Assembly (NCBI GenBank): GCA_000998805.1
Contig: LCFC01000002.1
Span: 5,784 to 69,783, forward strand
Length of the DNA stretch: 64,000 nucleotides
Direction: 5' to 3'
Source of the DNA: Parcubacteria group bacterium GW2011_GWA2_43_11
Lineage (GTDB): Bacteria; Patescibacteriota; Minisyncoccia; Phycocordibacterales; UBA12088
Within the stretch, counting starts at the first letter, position 1, and every line of letters begins with the position of its first letter. Below the pieces are notes generated by a model, which searched no databases, was not told the DNA's origin, and worked only from the letters and a program-made list of their open reading frames with translations. The translations under genes and the position numbers were made by a program. Shown here one piece after another: positions 62,781 to 64,000 of this stretch.

Positions 62781-64000
62781 CTAAATGCTGAAGTTTCGAA
62801 TAGAGTAGAGGTCAGGGTCTTCTTCTTGCGCCGACTCCACCACTGGTGCAGGTGCTGGTTTTGGCACGAATACATCTAGGATACCGCTCTTCCTAGGTTC
62901 TACGCTCTGCTCAGGTATCGGACGATTTGGAGATGGAACAATATGCCGTTGTACTTCAGGTTGTGTTACAAGTTTTTCTTCAGCCTCAGCAAGAATTTTT
63001 GGAATAAGATTTTCCACAACCGCCTCAGAAGTCTCTCGTTCGAGCACAGTCTCAGAATTAGACTTCGTATTCTTGGAGACATCCTCTCTGTCTGAAAAAA
63101 AGTCTGAAGTGCCATTTAGTATGTCACCTACACTCATACCTGAGGGGGTAAGCTCTCCATCTTCCACAGTAGAAGTATCATACATATCCTCAGTCATTTC
63201 AGCATTTTCACGAACCTCTTGCATTTGCTCGTGGTCATATTTTCTTAAAAGGTCTGAAGTTGGTGCGTTTGGGTTACCGTTAAAAATAGGATTTGTAGCA
63301 TTCTCATATTTTTCAAGTTGCATTGTATTCAAGAGTACGGAAAGATCTTCTGCGGAAAAGAAACTGATAACCAACTTGCCTCCAACTTCACGTTGTTCTA
63401 TTTGAACTCGTGTACCGAGTTTTTCAGTAAGTTTGCGCTCTAGCGCTAGAATTTCAGGATTAATTTTATGTTTTGATGTTACTTTCTCTTGTGCAGAACG
63501 ACGTGCAAGTGCCTCTGATTCACGAACTGTAAGCTTCTTAAGCAAAATCTCTTTTGCCAAGACTCCCTGCTCGTCTGGTTTATCATTAAGCATCAGGAGT
63601 GGACGGGTATGACCTTCCGACATACGCCCTTCCGCTAGGTAGCCGAGAATCGCTTCGGGAAGCAGAAGTAAACGAAGTGTGTTTGAAACATACTCACGAC
63701 TCTTCCCCACCTTCTTCCCAATATCAAGATGCGTAAAACTAAACTCTTTGTGTAGTCTTAAAAATGCTTTCGCTCGATCTACAGGATTGAGGTCTTCGCG
63801 TTGCAAGTTTTCGATAATCGCAAGCTCGAGCTTCATCTGGTCGGTATCTTGCCCACTACGAATAATGACTGGTACTTGCAATAGACCTGCAATCTTGGAA
63901 GCCCGTAGACGCCGTTCTCCGGCAATAAGTTCGTACTCTACAGAAATACCCCCGTCTTCACGAGTGATTTCATTACGAGTTACGGTAAGCGGTTGGAGAA
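62781..64000 (-). CDS. parB: Chromosome partitioning protein ParB, N-terminus beyond the window end, with a long acidic C-terminal extension
   Basis: The frame stays open to position 64000 (LQPLTVTRNEITREDGGISVEYELIAGERRLRASKIAGLLQVPVIIRSG...). It has an HTH region and a dimerisation-like VGGKLVISFFSAEDL, then about 170 extra low-complexity residues. Confidence 0.9.
   Translation of the reverse strand, partial: LQPLTVTRNEITREDGGISVEYELIAGERRLRASKIAGLLQVPVIIRSGQDTDQMKLELAIIENLQREDLNPVDRAKAFLRLHKEFSFTHLDIGKKVGKSREYVSNTLRLLLLPEAILGYLAEGRMSEGHTRPLLMLNDKPDEQGVLAKEILLKKLTVRESEALARRSAQEKVTSKHKINPEILALERKLTEKLGTRVQIEQREVGGKLVISFFSAEDLSVLLNTMQLEKYENATNPIFNGNPNAPTSDLLRKYDHEQMQEVRENAEMTEDMYDTSTVEDGELTPSGMSVGDILNGTSDFFSDREDVSKNTKSNSETVLERETSEAVVENLIPKILAEAEEKLVTQPEVQRHIVPSPNRPIPEQSVEPRKSGILDVFVPKPAPAPVVESAQEEDPDLYSIRNFSI

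Noticed and set aside
62520-64000. parS site (TGTTTCACGTGAAACA-like) near parB
   Set aside because: No 16-mer resembling parS was found by eye in or around parB. The TTTCAC strings at 40063 and 62618 are parts of the S-element helix, not palindromic parS sites.

Overview
This is a 64-kb chromosomal window from a compact, moderately AT-rich bacterial genome. About 60 protein genes are supported, roughly 70% of them on the minus strand. They include scpAB, aspS, trpS, grpE-dnaK-dnaJ, ung, an SOS operon (small ORF-lexA-umuD-like-umuC-like), ddl, uvrC, uvrA, uvrB, tgt, pth, lepB, rpsU, ybeY, ftsA-ftsZ, the dcw block mraZ-rsmH-ftsL-ftsI-murF, relA/spoT and parB. There is one tRNA-Glu(CUC) plus a decayed copy of it, and no rRNA or CRISPR array. 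Most core genes lack a Shine-Dalgarno sequence and some look leaderless. Several housekeeping proteins are trimmed: UvrC has no HhH2 domain, and YbeY and TrxB are truncated. This style is consistent with a CPR/Patescibacteria-like organism, but that is an inference I could not verify. The most unusual content is non-coding. (1) Ten copies of a modular repeat family (here called R) are bounded by terminal inverted repeats (TIRs) and assembled from interchangeable hairpin modules. The family shows compensatory base changes, a 9:1 chromosomal strand bias and nested mini-hairpin insertions, and it fills operon-internal spacers, including three spacers of the SOS operon. (2) A related family (S) shares modules with R. 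(3) A separate REP-like 25-nt palindrome occurs four times around a RAYT/IS200-like HUH-Y1 transposase gene, once in-frame inside that gene. (4) A tandem tRNA-Glu pseudogene is split by the same GC-clamp mini-hairpins. (5) Next to the tRNA lies an island of SD-led ORFans, most of them monocistronic units with their own terminator. All calls come from reading the sequence and the ORF track. No database searches or folding programs were run.
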